DNA of 64,000 bases from Flavobacteriales bacterium (GCA_040377305.1 JBEIPA010000021.1:1-64000); one strand, 5' to 3'. Positions 47,953 through 58,461 are shown, counted from the first letter of the stretch. Notes: generated from the letters alone by a model not told the origin. Program-made: numbers and translations.

Positions 47953-50244
47953 TTACTCCACAATTATTTCTGAAACGAATAGCCACGCGGGATAACCTGA
48001 ACCGGGACTTCCCATAGGTATTATTCCCCTGCCTTGCACTATAACTTTCACATAGCGTGCAGGGAATCGTTCCCTGGTGTCAACTTCGATATCGGGTTCT
48101 CCACTCGCCGAAAGAATAACAGGCAATCCGGTCATTCTCTCATAGTGAATTCCATCTACAGAAGTGTAAACATTGGTAATTGAAGGTCTCCAAATCCAGC
48201 TGCCTTCGTCGTGCAGACTGTAAATTCCAACGCGCCGAATAGAATCGACCTTTCCCAAATCAATCACAACATCCAGTGTATCGCCCCACCAGCCGAGCCA
48301 TTCACTGCCTGTCCACGGTGTTCTGCCTGTGATTCCATCAACCAATGAAAACGCGCCGCCTGTGTTGTATGCAGGAGCCGGTTGCTTTCTCAGCGTAACC
48401 GTTTTGCCCATCGCTTTGTGGTAACGAAACGATTGCGTGAAATCATTGCCCATGCGCTCTTCCCCAGTGAAAATGCATGCACGTAAACTACGCGAACTTG
48501 TAATCAGAATAGGTTCGTAGTACGCAGAATCGCCGAGGTTAACCATTCCTCCGTAGTTGTATCGAATGTCGCCGTATGGAGCAATTGTACTTAGCGAAAG
48601 TAAAATACCGTTTCCATTGGGCGCCGGCGAATACGTTGCATCGATGTCGTAAATCGCGCGTGAGTAATTTGCACGCATGTTGCTGTAAAAATCCATGTGC
48701 CGAATTGCACGGGATAAAAACTCGTCGTAATTCTTGATTTCTTTCCGACTCCACGCTACTTCCGAAAGTGCAGCCATGCGGGGAAAAATCATGTATTCTA
48801 CCTGTGCAAATGTTGGAATGTATTCAGTCCACAAATTTGCCTGCACGCCTAAGATGTGCTTCTTTTCAGTTTCAGTGAGTGACGCAGGAACCGGATCGTA
48901 GCTATACACCTTGTTTAATGGAAGATAACCTCCAATGGCTAACGGCTCACCCGGATTTTTCGACTGATAATAATCGAAGTAACAGTGACTCACCGGTGTC
49001 ATCACTACATCGTGATGCGATTTCGCTGCAGCAATTCCACCATCTTCACCACGCCACGACATTACAGCAGCACCATCAGCTAATCCGCCTTCGAGAATTT
49101 CATCCCAGCCAATTGCTTTCTTATTCTTTGTGCCGAGATAAGTAACAATACGCTGAATGAAATAGCTCTGCAGTTCATCTTCGTCTTTCAGATGGTTATC
49201 TTTCATGAAGTTCTGACAGAATTCGGATTTGCTCCATTCTTCTTTCGGACATTCATCGCCTCCGATATGAATGTACTTTCCGGGGAACAACAGGCAGACT
49301 TCATCAAGAATTCCTTTCAGCGTAGAGAAGGTTTCTTCCCTCGGCCACATCACTTCGGTGAATACACCCCATGTACCTGCCGCATTTTGTTTCGCACCCG
49401 ATCCAAGTTCGGGATAAGCAGAAAGCAATGCTCTTGCGTGTCCCGGCATTTCAATTTCAGGAACAACGGTGATGTGCAATGAATCGGCAAAACGAACCAC
49501 TTCTTTGATTTCTTCCTGCGTATAATATCCACCGTAGCGGGTGCGATCATACCTGTCTACGGGCTCGCTGAAATGTCCAAGCAAAGTCGAATCTCGCCAG
49601 CCTCCAATCGAAGTAAGCAAGGGGTACTTTTTAATTTCAATTCTCCAGCCCTGATCATCCGTCAAATGCCAATGAAAAGTATTCAGCTTGTACATGGCCA
49701 TGTAACGGAGATATTGCTTGACATAGTCTTTCTGAAAGAAATGTCTGGCTACATCGAGATGCATTCCTCTCCACGAGAAGCGCGGATAATCAATGATATT
49801 ACACGAAGGAATAATCCATTCGCCCTGATTCACTCCGGGTTGAATGAGTTGAAATAGCGATTCAAGGGCATAGAAAACTCCAGCCTTTGATCCGTAAATG
49901 TTGATGTCATTCTTGTTGATGAACATCATGTATCCTTCCGGAGGTATGGAAGCCGAGTCGAGCCAGATGTAAATGCAGCTCCTGTAGCCCTCTGATTTCG
50001 TATGACGAATATCGAGTCCGTAGTACTTCTGGACTTTATCACGAAACTGTTGCGTTTCTTTCTTCACTGCAGAAACGCTTGAGCGGTCTTCCACGAAGAA
50101 AGCAACTTCATTGTTCAGGTTGAAGTCACCAGACAATGCAAGAAGTGTTTGTGGTTTCGGAATAACCGGATAACGCAGAAGAAATTGCGAAGAACCGGGA
50201 ATCGCAATCAGCGTCAAAAGGAAAACGGTAAGCAGTTTCCTCAT
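47953..50244 (-). CDS. GH20 beta-N-acetylhexosaminidase with a C-terminal F5/8-like domain
   Basis: 'DYPRFSWRGMHLDVARHF', 'HWHLTDDQGWR', catalytic 'HIGGDE' and 'LWTEY'. Confidence 0.96.
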   Translation of the reverse strand: MRKLLTVFLLTLIAIPGSSQFLLRYPVIPKPQTLLALSGDFNLNNEVAFFVEDRSSVSAVKKETQQFRDKVQKYYGLDIRHTKSEGYRSCIYIWLDSASIPPEGYMMFINKNDINIYGSKAGVFYALESLFQLIQPGVNQGEWIIPSCNIIDYPRFSWRGMHLDVARHFFQKDYVKQYLRYMAMYKLNTFHWHLTDDQGWRIEIKKYPLLTSIGGWRDSTLLGHFSEPVDRYDRTRYGGYYTQEEIKEVVRFADSLHITVVPEIEMPGHARALLSAYPELGSGAKQNAAGTWGVFTEVMWPREETFSTLKGILDEVCLLFPGKYIHIGGDECPKEEWSKSEFCQNFMKDNHLKDEDELQSYFIQRIVTYLGTKNKKAIGWDEILEGGLADGAAVMSWRGEDGGIAAAKSHHDVVMTPVSHCYFDYYQSKNPGEPLAIGGYLPLNKVYSYDPVPASLTETEKKHILGVQANLWTEYIPTFAQVEYMIFPRMAALSEVAWSRKEIKNYDEFLSRAIRHMDFYSNMRANYSRAIYDIDATYSPAPNGNGILLSLSTIAPYGDIRYNYGGMVNLGDSAYYEPILITSSRSLRACIFTGEERMGNDFTQSFRYHKAMGKTVTLRKQPAPAYNTGGAFSLVDGITGRTPWTGSEWLGWWGDTLDVVIDLGKVDSIRRVGIYSLHDEGSWIWRPSITNVYTSVDGIHYERMTGLPVILSASGEPDIEVDTRERFPARYVKVIVQGRGIIPMGSPGSGYPAWLFVSEIIVE

Positions 50245-50702
50245 TCCTCGTAATAATCAACCATTACTCCATCGATACCCGGAGTTATTTCCAACTGCGT
50301 ATCACCAAAGTCGAGCATGATCGCTTTGTTGCTGTATATATTATCACCTTCGTGAGCAACACCGAGCTTAATCAGTTTTTTGTTTACTGCATTTTCCCAA
50401 AGTGCATTGGTGTTCATGCTCTCCGATTGTATATCAATCTTACCACCGAACTCATGAAGCAACATCAGCCGATACTTCTCTCCGTCGAAATCATCAGCAA
50501 GCGTTAAACCGGCTTCATCGGTTTCAGAAGCGGTGATTATAAGATTGTGACCTTCGAACTGCAACTCGAGTTTATCGAGAAATTCAAATCGCTCGTTAGA
50601 ATCGGTTTTGTTGATCCAAAGATGATACAACACGTTCTTCAGCACACGCCCTTCCGCTGCTTTGAGTTGTTTGAGGTGATCGTATGAAAAATATTCTGAC
50701 AT
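50241..50702 (-). CDS. Hypothetical protein
   Basis: 153-aa frame overlapping the GH20 start by 4 nt. Confidence 0.78.
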   Translation of the reverse strand: MSEYFSYDHLKQLKAAEGRVLKNVLYHLWINKTDSNERFEFLDKLELQFEGHNLIITASETDEAGLTLADDFDGEKYRLMLLHEFGGKIDIQSESMNTNALWENAVNKKLIKLGVAHEGDNIYSNKAIMLDFGDTQLEITPGIDGVMVDYYEE

Positions 50703-50708
50703 AGAATT

Positions 50709-50779
50709 GGCAGTAAGGCATTAAGGCATTTGGGCATTAAAGAATTCAGAAAACCTGAGTGCCCTAATGCCCCATTGCC
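50709..50779. repeat. Inverted octamer arrays (GGCATTAA-type)
   Basis: GGCAGTAA GGCATTAA GGCATTTG GGCATTAA, then TGCCCTAATGCCCCATTGCC (reverse-complement arm). Confidence 0.75.
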
Positions 50780-50783
50780 GATA

Positions 50784-51944
50784 TTATTTCAACCCCATTT
50801 TAGTCGCGATGTCTTTCGGGACCGCACTCTTGTGCACCAGAATACTCGTTGTCTTATACTGGAAATACGGCATTGAAACGTAAATGTAACCACCTGTTTC
50901 ATTTGCTTCCGTTCCCCAGGAATTCTTCACGATAAGATATTTCTTTCCGGTCTGATCAAGACACTGTCCGGTAATCTGCATTCCGTGATCGTCTTGTGTG
51001 CTGAGATTATCAAAAGCTTCCTGACGCGCGAGCTGTGTAATCATACGTTCCTTGCAGGGAAACATCCACAACGAATCTTTTTCCCCGGCGCGCATTTTGT
51101 CCCAATCTTTTTCAGGCACAACCGCAATTCCGTTTTTGTGTGAGAAATATTTCTCAGATACATCAGTTCCCCATTCTACCGTATAACCGTTTGCAGTGGC
51201 ATTGTCAGTAATTGAACTCATTTCTTCGATCGACACATTGTAAGAAGATTCCCACGCCCAGTTGTCCGGAATCTCCAGTGCGAAACGTGTGTAGAACGGA
51301 TGATGCGTGAATGATGTCACAGAAATGTAATCTGCTGCATTAAATCCTAAGGAAGCAGCGTACGTTTTCGGATCGTACGTTTTAGTGCCAATCTGGAAAG
51401 TTGCTGGCGGCACTCCGAGATAACCGTCGAGTGCTCCGATGTAAGCGTTCAACCAGTTCGGACTAAGCTTTCCTTCATCGAGTTTTAACTGCGCATCCAG
51501 AATTGCTTTCAGCACCGCGTCCATTTCAGCGTGACGCACTTTCTCTTCGCCCAATGGCAATCCGACGTAAGCATATTGTGGCATCAATCCGTAGGTCGCT
51601 GCCAGATTAATTACATCTATAGGTTCTCCACCCGGACCGAATTGCGATTTGCCCATCAGGCGCATGTAGTGCTTTGCTTTCTCAATATATCCCACGCGAA
51701 CGATCCACATTTCCGACAGATCAACTTCTCCTTTTCCCTGTCGAATAAATTCAGATTCAAGGAACGAATGCGTTGAAAATACCCAACACGTTGAAGAGTG
51801 GTATTGATCTTTCACAGAAGTACCTTTCGCTTCTTTCACAGCACTAAACTTAATCTGTGAATCTTTTTTGTTCGTGCGTTCCTGAGCATTGACAGAAACA
51901 ACCAACGACATTGCGCAAAGCGCTGTAAATACTAGTTTATTCAT
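50784..51944 (-). CDS. C1-family cysteine aminopeptidase (PepC/bleomycin hydrolase-like), exported
   Basis: 'DQYHSSTCW', 'DDHGM' and 'VKNSWG' catalytic motifs; signal peptide. Confidence 0.92.
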   Translation of the reverse strand: MNKLVFTALCAMSLVVSVNAQERTNKKDSQIKFSAVKEAKGTSVKDQYHSSTCWVFSTHSFLESEFIRQGKGEVDLSEMWIVRVGYIEKAKHYMRLMGKSQFGPGGEPIDVINLAATYGLMPQYAYVGLPLGEEKVRHAEMDAVLKAILDAQLKLDEGKLSPNWLNAYIGALDGYLGVPPATFQIGTKTYDPKTYAASLGFNAADYISVTSFTHHPFYTRFALEIPDNWAWESSYNVSIEEMSSITDNATANGYTVEWGTDVSEKYFSHKNGIAVVPEKDWDKMRAGEKDSLWMFPCKERMITQLARQEAFDNLSTQDDHGMQITGQCLDQTGKKYLIVKNSWGTEANETGGYIYVSMPYFQYKTTSILVHKSAVPKDIATKMGLK

Positions 51945-52108
51945 GCGTTAATATTTTTCAATCCTGAATTCGTGAACTGCACCGTTGACTCCTTTTATTC
52001 TTTGAAGGTTTCATTGGTAAAACGCCTCATTTTTGAGGTTCCCGAAGGTAATAAAACCAGGGGATTGAACCGCCGAATAGACTATATTTGACCAGCAAAA
52101 TTCGACCA

Positions 52109-54007
52109 ATGATGAAACGTTTACTACTAGCAGGACTCTTGTTCTGCACAATGCCGGTTTATTCGCAGTTCTCAGGAAATGCACTCGACTTCGACGGTGC
52201 AAATGATATGGTTGTGGTGCCCTCTGTGCCTGCACTTTTTGGTACACTAGGAAGCAGCGACTTCACTGTAGAAGCGTGGGTTTATCCAAGGACAGCTGTA
52301 TTCAGTCGTATTTTCTACGCGCAGTTTGCGACGAATAATTTTGCCACGGTTTCTACGGGCGGAACAGCGAATATTTATTTCTACGTGATCGTGAATGGCA
52401 CTACTTATAGTGTTGCCACTTCTGCAAACATGCCGCTCAACCAATGGACACATGTTACCGCGAGATGGACTGCATCAACATTAACACCTCAAGTGTTTTA
52501 TAACGGTGTTTTGCAGACTGGTATAAACGGCGGAACGTCTAGTACGGGTACCAGCGGTCTCACCGTACTTGGGAGTCGTCCTGGCGGAGCGCAGTATTTT
52601 CCAGGTTCTATGGATGAAGTTCGTTTGTGGTCTGAAGCAAGAACACAATGCGAGATCAGCAACAATTATATGCACAGCATAACAGGAGTTCAGCCAAACC
52701 TGGTGATGAATTACGATTTTAATCAAGGTGTACCTGCAGGAAATAACACGGGTGTCATCACATTACCAGACAATTCAGGCAATGGTTACAACGGTACACT
52801 ATCTAATTTTACACTTACTGCTGCTACATCCAATTGGATTGCATCCACTGCAACAGTAACGACACAAGGAAATCCTCTCGGTGGTATAATGACTACTCAA
52901 ACGGCAAGTGTATGCAGCGGCGGTTCATTTACTTTCCCTGACGGAACAACGCAAACGAACATCACTTCTACTGCAACACATACGAGCACGCTCACTACGG
53001 TAACCGGATGCGACAGTATCATCAATTCCACCGTGAACGTGCTTCAATCAACAACTTTTGCAGAAACGAATGCGGTTTGCAGTGGAAATAGCTACACATT
53101 CCCTGACGGAAATACAACGACGAACATTACATCGCAGGTTGTTTATGTGAGCACACTGATGAATGTTGCCGGTTGCGACAGTGTCATTACGACTACGGTG
53201 AATGTAAATCCCGTATATGCAGTGAATGACACGGCATGGATTTGTTACGGCATGGATTATACTTTTCCTGACGGAACCTCTTTCGTTGCAATCACAGCAC
53301 CCATGTCACATACCAGCGCGTTAAGTTCAATCAACACGTGTGACAGTGTTGTAACAACTTATCTTGATTTGCATCCTGTTTATGCCGTAATGGATACTGC
53401 GTGGATTTGCTTCGGTGGCACTTACACATTCCACGACGGTTCAACACTAACCGGAATTACTTCACCGACGTCGCATTTAAGTCAGCTTGCAACGCTCAAC
53501 GGTTGCGATAGCATATTCGATACGCATGTCGGTATCATCAGTGTAGACACTGCAGTAACCATGCTGAATGAAACGTTGACTGCGAGTGCCAGCGGAGCGA
53601 TTTACCAATGGCTCGATTGCAACAACAGCATGGCACCGATCGCAGGAGAAACGAATTCTACATTCACGGCAACTGTTAACGGAAGCTACGCGCTTGCGGT
53701 TACTGAGAATGGGTGTACTGATACGAGCAGTTGCTTTGTGATCTTATCGACTGGTGTTGCACAAGTGTTTGATAACTCTGCGATTTCATTCTATCCGAAT
53801 CCGGCTCAGGATTTCATTACGGTTTCCTGCAACAATGAAATTACCGGAACCATTATTGTTACAACGCTTACTGGCCAGGTTGTGATCACGGAAGCGATCA
53901 ATGGTTCAAGTGTACAGCTGAATCTTGCAGAACTTGCTCGCGGCACTTACTTGGTAACCGTGCAAACAGAACAGGGTAGAGTAGTGGAGAAGGTGATCCG
54001 AAACTAA
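52109..54007 (+). CDS. LamG-domain T9SS-secreted protein
   Basis: 'NALDFDG', 'FTVEAWV', 'WTHV' and 'MDEVRLW'. Four 'C.G..YTFPDG...GCDS' repeats and a CTD 'FYPNP'. TATATTTG at 52083-52090 favours the ATG 52109/52112 start. Confidence 0.9.
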   Translation: MMKRLLLAGLLFCTMPVYSQFSGNALDFDGANDMVVVPSVPALFGTLGSSDFTVEAWVYPRTAVFSRIFYAQFATNNFATVSTGGTANIYFYVIVNGTTYSVATSANMPLNQWTHVTARWTASTLTPQVFYNGVLQTGINGGTSSTGTSGLTVLGSRPGGAQYFPGSMDEVRLWSEARTQCEISNNYMHSITGVQPNLVMNYDFNQGVPAGNNTGVITLPDNSGNGYNGTLSNFTLTAATSNWIASTATVTTQGNPLGGIMTTQTASVCSGGSFTFPDGTTQTNITSTATHTSTLTTVTGCDSIINSTVNVLQSTTFAETNAVCSGNSYTFPDGNTTTNITSQVVYVSTLMNVAGCDSVITTTVNVNPVYAVNDTAWICYGMDYTFPDGTSFVAITAPMSHTSALSSINTCDSVVTTYLDLHPVYAVMDTAWICFGGTYTFHDGSTLTGITSPTSHLSQLATLNGCDSIFDTHVGIISVDTAVTMLNETLTASASGAIYQWLDCNNSMAPIAGETNSTFTATVNGSYALAVTENGCTDTSSCFVILSTGVAQVFDNSAISFYPNPAQDFITVSCNNEITGTIIVTTLTGQVVITEAINGSSVQLNLAELARGTYLVTVQTEQGRVVEKVIRN

Positions 54008-57000
54008 TGAGGAAATATTTTGCGCTCCATCTCAGGTTTGAGGTGGGCGCGCAAACCCGTCCACGGTACGAACACTACAGGACGATCAGGAAGTACCTCA
54101 TCGTTCGTATTTTTTCTCCACGCCGGGTAGAGCATAGTTCCTCTTGCGTCTACGGCGTAGCTGTCGCTTAATAGATTTGGAATCAAACCAGGTTTGCTGC
54201 AATCAGCATCGATTCCAGGATGAGCTTTCAGATAATTCATTACCGAGTCTATGATGATTTGTTTCCAGGCAGTATCTGCAAACAGGGAGAACAAATCCTG
54301 AGTAACCGGACCTTTCGGAGTCTGCAAAACATTAGAAGTTGTTAGGCTGTATCCGGTCCAGGGCGAACGATAATTTCCCCAACCATAATTGCGTTTGGTC
54401 TGAACAGACATAAAGGAATCGGAAAGGAACACGATGATGTATTCCGATTGGTTTGCACGCGAATCGTAGTGAATGCGCGACGAACTATTGCAAGCACACG
54501 GGCTGGACTGTCCGGAACAATAATTTCTGTAGTCGTGGAAATTTGTTGACGTCAGTGTTGCGTTGAATATCCACAACGACTGCCATGCATTCAACGACCT
54601 CGAAACCGGCTTAGAAATGCTGACAAATTTCATGTTGCGCTGTCGTTGCGAAAGTCCGCTTTGATAAGACAGTTCTGCAGGTTGGCTGAGCATCATCTGG
54701 ACAACATTTTTGTATGCACCTGTATCTGTAGACGCGAGCCCCGAATTCGCGGAGAAGACTGTATAGTCTTTTTCGGTGTTCGAAAAAATATAAGTTTCAA
54801 TGGCCTGTCTTTTACCATTTACATTTCCAAAGCGGCATTCAGTCATGTGGATACGTTTGTACTTGCAGTCCACAATAACTTGTCCCTGGTGATCTGCAAC
54901 ACCTGCGTTCCCATTGCAATCGATCATCGCAAAATATTTTAGTGAATCGTCGAGCTCAATAATTTCACTGTATATGGCCGGTAAAAGCGTATACAATGTT
55001 GTCGCATCAATCATTCCCATTCCACTTTGCGTATGGATGATTCTCATTCCTCTGCCGAATGTAAACGGTTGTGTAAGGCGTAGCGAGCTGTCCACAATCA
55101 TTTCGCCGGTGGTCAGTTTCATCGCGCTCCACAGTGGCCGGCAATTAAAGTCGCTCCGTTGCAGGGATGTTCCGGTTTTTTCCAACCAAGCGGTGTCTGA
55201 ATTCGATAATGAAATTTCTGTCCACACGGTGTCAAGAATGAACTTGCCTGTTGAATCGATCAATCCGAATTTCCCCGTAAAGGTGTGGAGTAAGTACACT
55301 TTTTGTTTCTTATAATTCTGGTTATGGTGTACGTAACGATAAGAACCAGGTGGAACAATAACATGGCCTGAAGACGACAGAATACCGAAACCACTTTTAA
55401 CGTCTCCGAAAACAATGTTGCCACTTGATTCTTCCTTCGTTGCATATCTCCACATTCTGCCTGATAGTGAATCGTAAACCAGTTCGATTTTCTCGCCTGT
55501 CGTATAATCATCCTCCTCACGGTATTCATACGGATAATATTTATGCAGACCATGATCTACATAAGAAGAGTATCCCGGCACATTTGCATATACCCTCGTG
55601 AGATGTTCAATCGTCAATGCAGGTTCTGCAGCGCACATATAGTAAAACGGATATTTGGATTTCTTCGCTTCAGCAGGAATCTTACCGTAGTCTTTATCCT
55701 CCACTTTTACCCAAACCTCTTCGTTGTATCGAATTGCGGTATCCGGATAAATCGGATAGTAGCCTTCATCGCCCCACCAACCACGCATGTGTCTGATTAT
55801 GCTGGTATCGCTTCCAAACCATTTCAATGCGGTGCGGTAACTCAATGCTATGGCATTATCAGCAACACCTGTATTCTGAATCCGGATAGCATCATTTGGC
55901 GACCAGAAAATTGTAGTCGTTTTGTTTGTCCAGCTCGTGTCATATACAAACGGAACAATCGTGTCACCAAGCAGATTAATGGCCCCATGTTTACCACCAA
56001 TTTGACAAACATAGTAGCTGGTTTTAGGTTCGACCAGAGAACGGAAACGATCGTATTTTGAGGAGATGCACAAGTCGCCAGTATCCAGAACAGGTTGTAT
56101 GATCCAATTCCCAACGGAATCAGTCAATCCCCATTTCTGATTCAGCACAACTTCCCAAACCGGAAATTCAAGCGTTTGCAGAAAGTAATGTTCCGGATGA
56201 CAAACACTATCGAAAATAATAGGAAGTAGTGTGTCGCCGGTGTACGACATGACGCCCGACTTGCCCTCTTTAGTTATTGCAGTAACACCAAAGAGAAACA
56301 TGTAGGAGTCAACTTTACCACCGTAAAACGCCGGTGTACGCCAGACGTCGTATTCGCACGCGAGAATTTGTTTGAAGTGAGCATCATAATATCCAAACTT
56401 CCCTTTACGTGTAACTTCGTATACCCTAAACTGACTTTCGGAAATTTTCACATCATCATATACTGCAGGAATAAGCACCACCGCACTATCGTTAATCAAA
56501 CCTTTTCCAACAGTATATATTTTTTTGCCGGGCTTTTTCGGATCGGGAGTTGATTCTGTTTTTCTAAAAGTATACAAGTGAAAGCCGACCATTTCCGGTT
56601 CTGTACTAAGTCCTGTCGGATAGATTTTTCCATCCAAATGATAGAAGCACCAGTAAGATTCATTGTCAAAAACTTTGAAGACATCGTTGTACAGCTCACT
56701 AATTCCATTGTACTGCGATGATATTATAACCTGTCCACTGGTGTCAACCACTCCATATTTCCTGCCGTCGAAAATTTTAAGAAACCGGCGCGATGGAAAG
56801 TTGCCATTCACGCCGTTTTCGCGTACAAAATTCAGCGTCTGATAGATGGCAGGAATAACTTCCTTGCCTTTTGAATTAATCAATCCGCGCTTTCCGCCAC
56901 GAATAACAATCCCAACTCCACCAACCAGTGGTTGAATGTCATCGTAAATAGGTTGACCAATCCAATTGCCGTTACCGTCCTGTAACCCAACCGTACAATT

Positions 57001-57090
57001 GTTGTAGTCTTTTACAATGACAGGTTGTTGTGCCGAAAGAAAATTCGAAACAATCACCAGCAGTAAAAACGTAATGGAAATTCGCCGCAT
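54004..57090 (-). CDS. WG-repeat-containing exported protein
   Basis: Repeated 'K.G(L/V)I(D/N)..G..(V/I)I...Y' units; signal peptide. Confidence 0.85.
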   Translation of the reverse strand: MRRISITFLLLVIVSNFLSAQQPVIVKDYNNCTVGLQDGNGNWIGQPIYDDIQPLVGGVGIVIRGGKRGLINSKGKEVIPAIYQTLNFVRENGVNGNFPSRRFLKIFDGRKYGVVDTSGQVIISSQYNGISELYNDVFKVFDNESYWCFYHLDGKIYPTGLSTEPEMVGFHLYTFRKTESTPDPKKPGKKIYTVGKGLINDSAVVLIPAVYDDVKISESQFRVYEVTRKGKFGYYDAHFKQILACEYDVWRTPAFYGGKVDSYMFLFGVTAITKEGKSGVMSYTGDTLLPIIFDSVCHPEHYFLQTLEFPVWEVVLNQKWGLTDSVGNWIIQPVLDTGDLCISSKYDRFRSLVEPKTSYYVCQIGGKHGAINLLGDTIVPFVYDTSWTNKTTTIFWSPNDAIRIQNTGVADNAIALSYRTALKWFGSDTSIIRHMRGWWGDEGYYPIYPDTAIRYNEEVWVKVEDKDYGKIPAEAKKSKYPFYYMCAAEPALTIEHLTRVYANVPGYSSYVDHGLHKYYPYEYREEDDYTTGEKIELVYDSLSGRMWRYATKEESSGNIVFGDVKSGFGILSSSGHVIVPPGSYRYVHHNQNYKKQKVYLLHTFTGKFGLIDSTGKFILDTVWTEISLSNSDTAWLEKTGTSLQRSDFNCRPLWSAMKLTTGEMIVDSSLRLTQPFTFGRGMRIIHTQSGMGMIDATTLYTLLPAIYSEIIELDDSLKYFAMIDCNGNAGVADHQGQVIVDCKYKRIHMTECRFGNVNGKRQAIETYIFSNTEKDYTVFSANSGLASTDTGAYKNVVQMMLSQPAELSYQSGLSQRQRNMKFVSISKPVSRSLNAWQSLWIFNATLTSTNFHDYRNYCSGQSSPCACNSSSRIHYDSRANQSEYIIVFLSDSFMSVQTKRNYGWGNYRSPWTGYSLTTSNVLQTPKGPVTQDLFSLFADTAWKQIIIDSVMNYLKAHPGIDADCSKPGLIPNLLSDSYAVDARGTMLYPAWRKNTNDEVLPDRPVVFVPWTGLRAHLKPEMERKIFPH

Positions 57091-57240
57091 TACAGGTATA
57101 ACAGCATATCGTTAAAAAGTTACTTGAACTGTAGTTTTGACTTTATATCAGCTCTCAGGTACGGTTCAATTGCATCATTCGGAATAACTCTAAAAAGGAT
57201 ATGCAGGAAACTGCTGGTATAATGCACCGGGCAGCAAAAG

Positions 57241-58308
57241 TTACCGTGAATTCACAACCTTAAGCGCAGCTTCGCTTTGGGTACGCCAGTATTCAAGGCT
57301 GTCCTTGTGAGTATCTCCTCCTGACTGAATTGATTTCGACTGGAATTCATAATAGTGCATCCTTGCAACCATGTAAGCTTGCAAATTCTCAAAGTACTGC
57401 TTGCCTTGTTCGTTCAGATCAAATCCGTCTATCGTATCCATCTGACTCAAACCGTAACGATATACTTCAAGTACGTTTTTGTCGATAGCCTCGGGTGTCT
57501 TGTACATGCCTTGCTCAAAATTATTTTCGGCACTTGATTCTCGCTGGCTGAAATCATTCATCATGACTTCAATTGTGCGCACGTACGCAAGTGGCGACTC
57601 TGCATTCATCACAAACCAACCGGTTGCACCAAGAATAACGAGGCAAGCAGCTACACAACCGATGAATTGTTTTTTCTTCTGATAAAAGTGTGCTTTGAGT
57701 TCCGGAAAAATGAAGTAACCACCAAGCATTCCCGCTCCGAGTCCACCAAGGTGAGCTGCATTGTCGATGTTCGCCTGCATGCCGATAAGTATCATCAGTC
57801 CGGCTGAAATGGCCATAGACCGAAGCATTTTCATTCTCACACTTTTCTCAATGAGATTGGTTGTGAGCAGAGCCAGAAGAATTCCAACTACACCGAGAAT
57901 TGCTCCGGAAGCACCGGCACCTAATCCGAATGGATTCCACCAGATACTCACTGCGCTTCCTGCTATTCCTGCGAATGTGTACAGCAATGCAAATCTCCAC
58001 CAGCCAATAAACTGTTCAACCATCCGTCCAAGATTATTGAACGAAAACATATTCGCCGCTAAGTGAATGATTCCATAGTGCAGATAATTGCTCGTAAACA
58101 AACGCCAGTAATCGCCATTGAGCACGTCTGTAGAACTCGTTCCGCCCCAGGCACGCATGTCATCTGCTGTTGGCAATAGAGGGCTCACTCCGCTACCAAT
58201 CATGATTAGCCACATGATTACATTCGCCGACAATATGATCGGTGTTACTTTCACGTCCTTCGTAGGAATGAAAATCTGAAGCCAGCCTGGAATTGGTGAT
58301 GTTGACAT
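57241..58308 (-). CDS. Rhomboid intramembrane serine protease with a C-terminal extension
   Basis: 'WRLFTS', 'HYGIIHLAAN', 'GASG' and 'AHLGG'. TACCTTTG at 58314-58321 favours ATG 58308. Confidence 0.92.
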   Translation of the reverse strand: MSTSPIPGWLQIFIPTKDVKVTPIILSANVIMWLIMIGSGVSPLLPTADDMRAWGGTSSTDVLNGDYWRLFTSNYLHYGIIHLAANMFSFNNLGRMVEQFIGWWRFALLYTFAGIAGSAVSIWWNPFGLGAGASGAILGVVGILLALLTTNLIEKSVRMKMLRSMAISAGLMILIGMQANIDNAAHLGGLGAGMLGGYFIFPELKAHFYQKKKQFIGCVAACLVILGATGWFVMNAESPLAYVRTIEVMMNDFSQRESSAENNFEQGMYKTPEAIDKNVLEVYRYGLSQMDTIDGFDLNEQGKQYFENLQAYMVARMHYYEFQSKSIQSGGDTHKDSLEYWRTQSEAALKVVNSR

Positions 58309-58319
58309 TGGCACAAAGG

Positions 58320-58438
58320 TAATGTGCTAATGGGTTAATTTGCTAATGGGTTAATTTGGTAATGTGCTAAAGGTGTATGGGTCGGCATCTAGTCCTAAAA
58401 TCCCGTTGCAAATCACCACTAGCGAATTAACCCATTGG
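58320..58438. repeat. Octamer array (TAATnnnn)x6 with an inverted partner
   Basis: TAATGTGC TAATGGGT TAATTTGC TAATGGGT TAATTTGG TAATGTGC, and downstream CCACTAGCGAATTAACCCATTGG (reverse-complement match). Confidence 0.8.
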
Positions 58439-58461
58439 TAAATGCTGATGTCATGGCAAGG

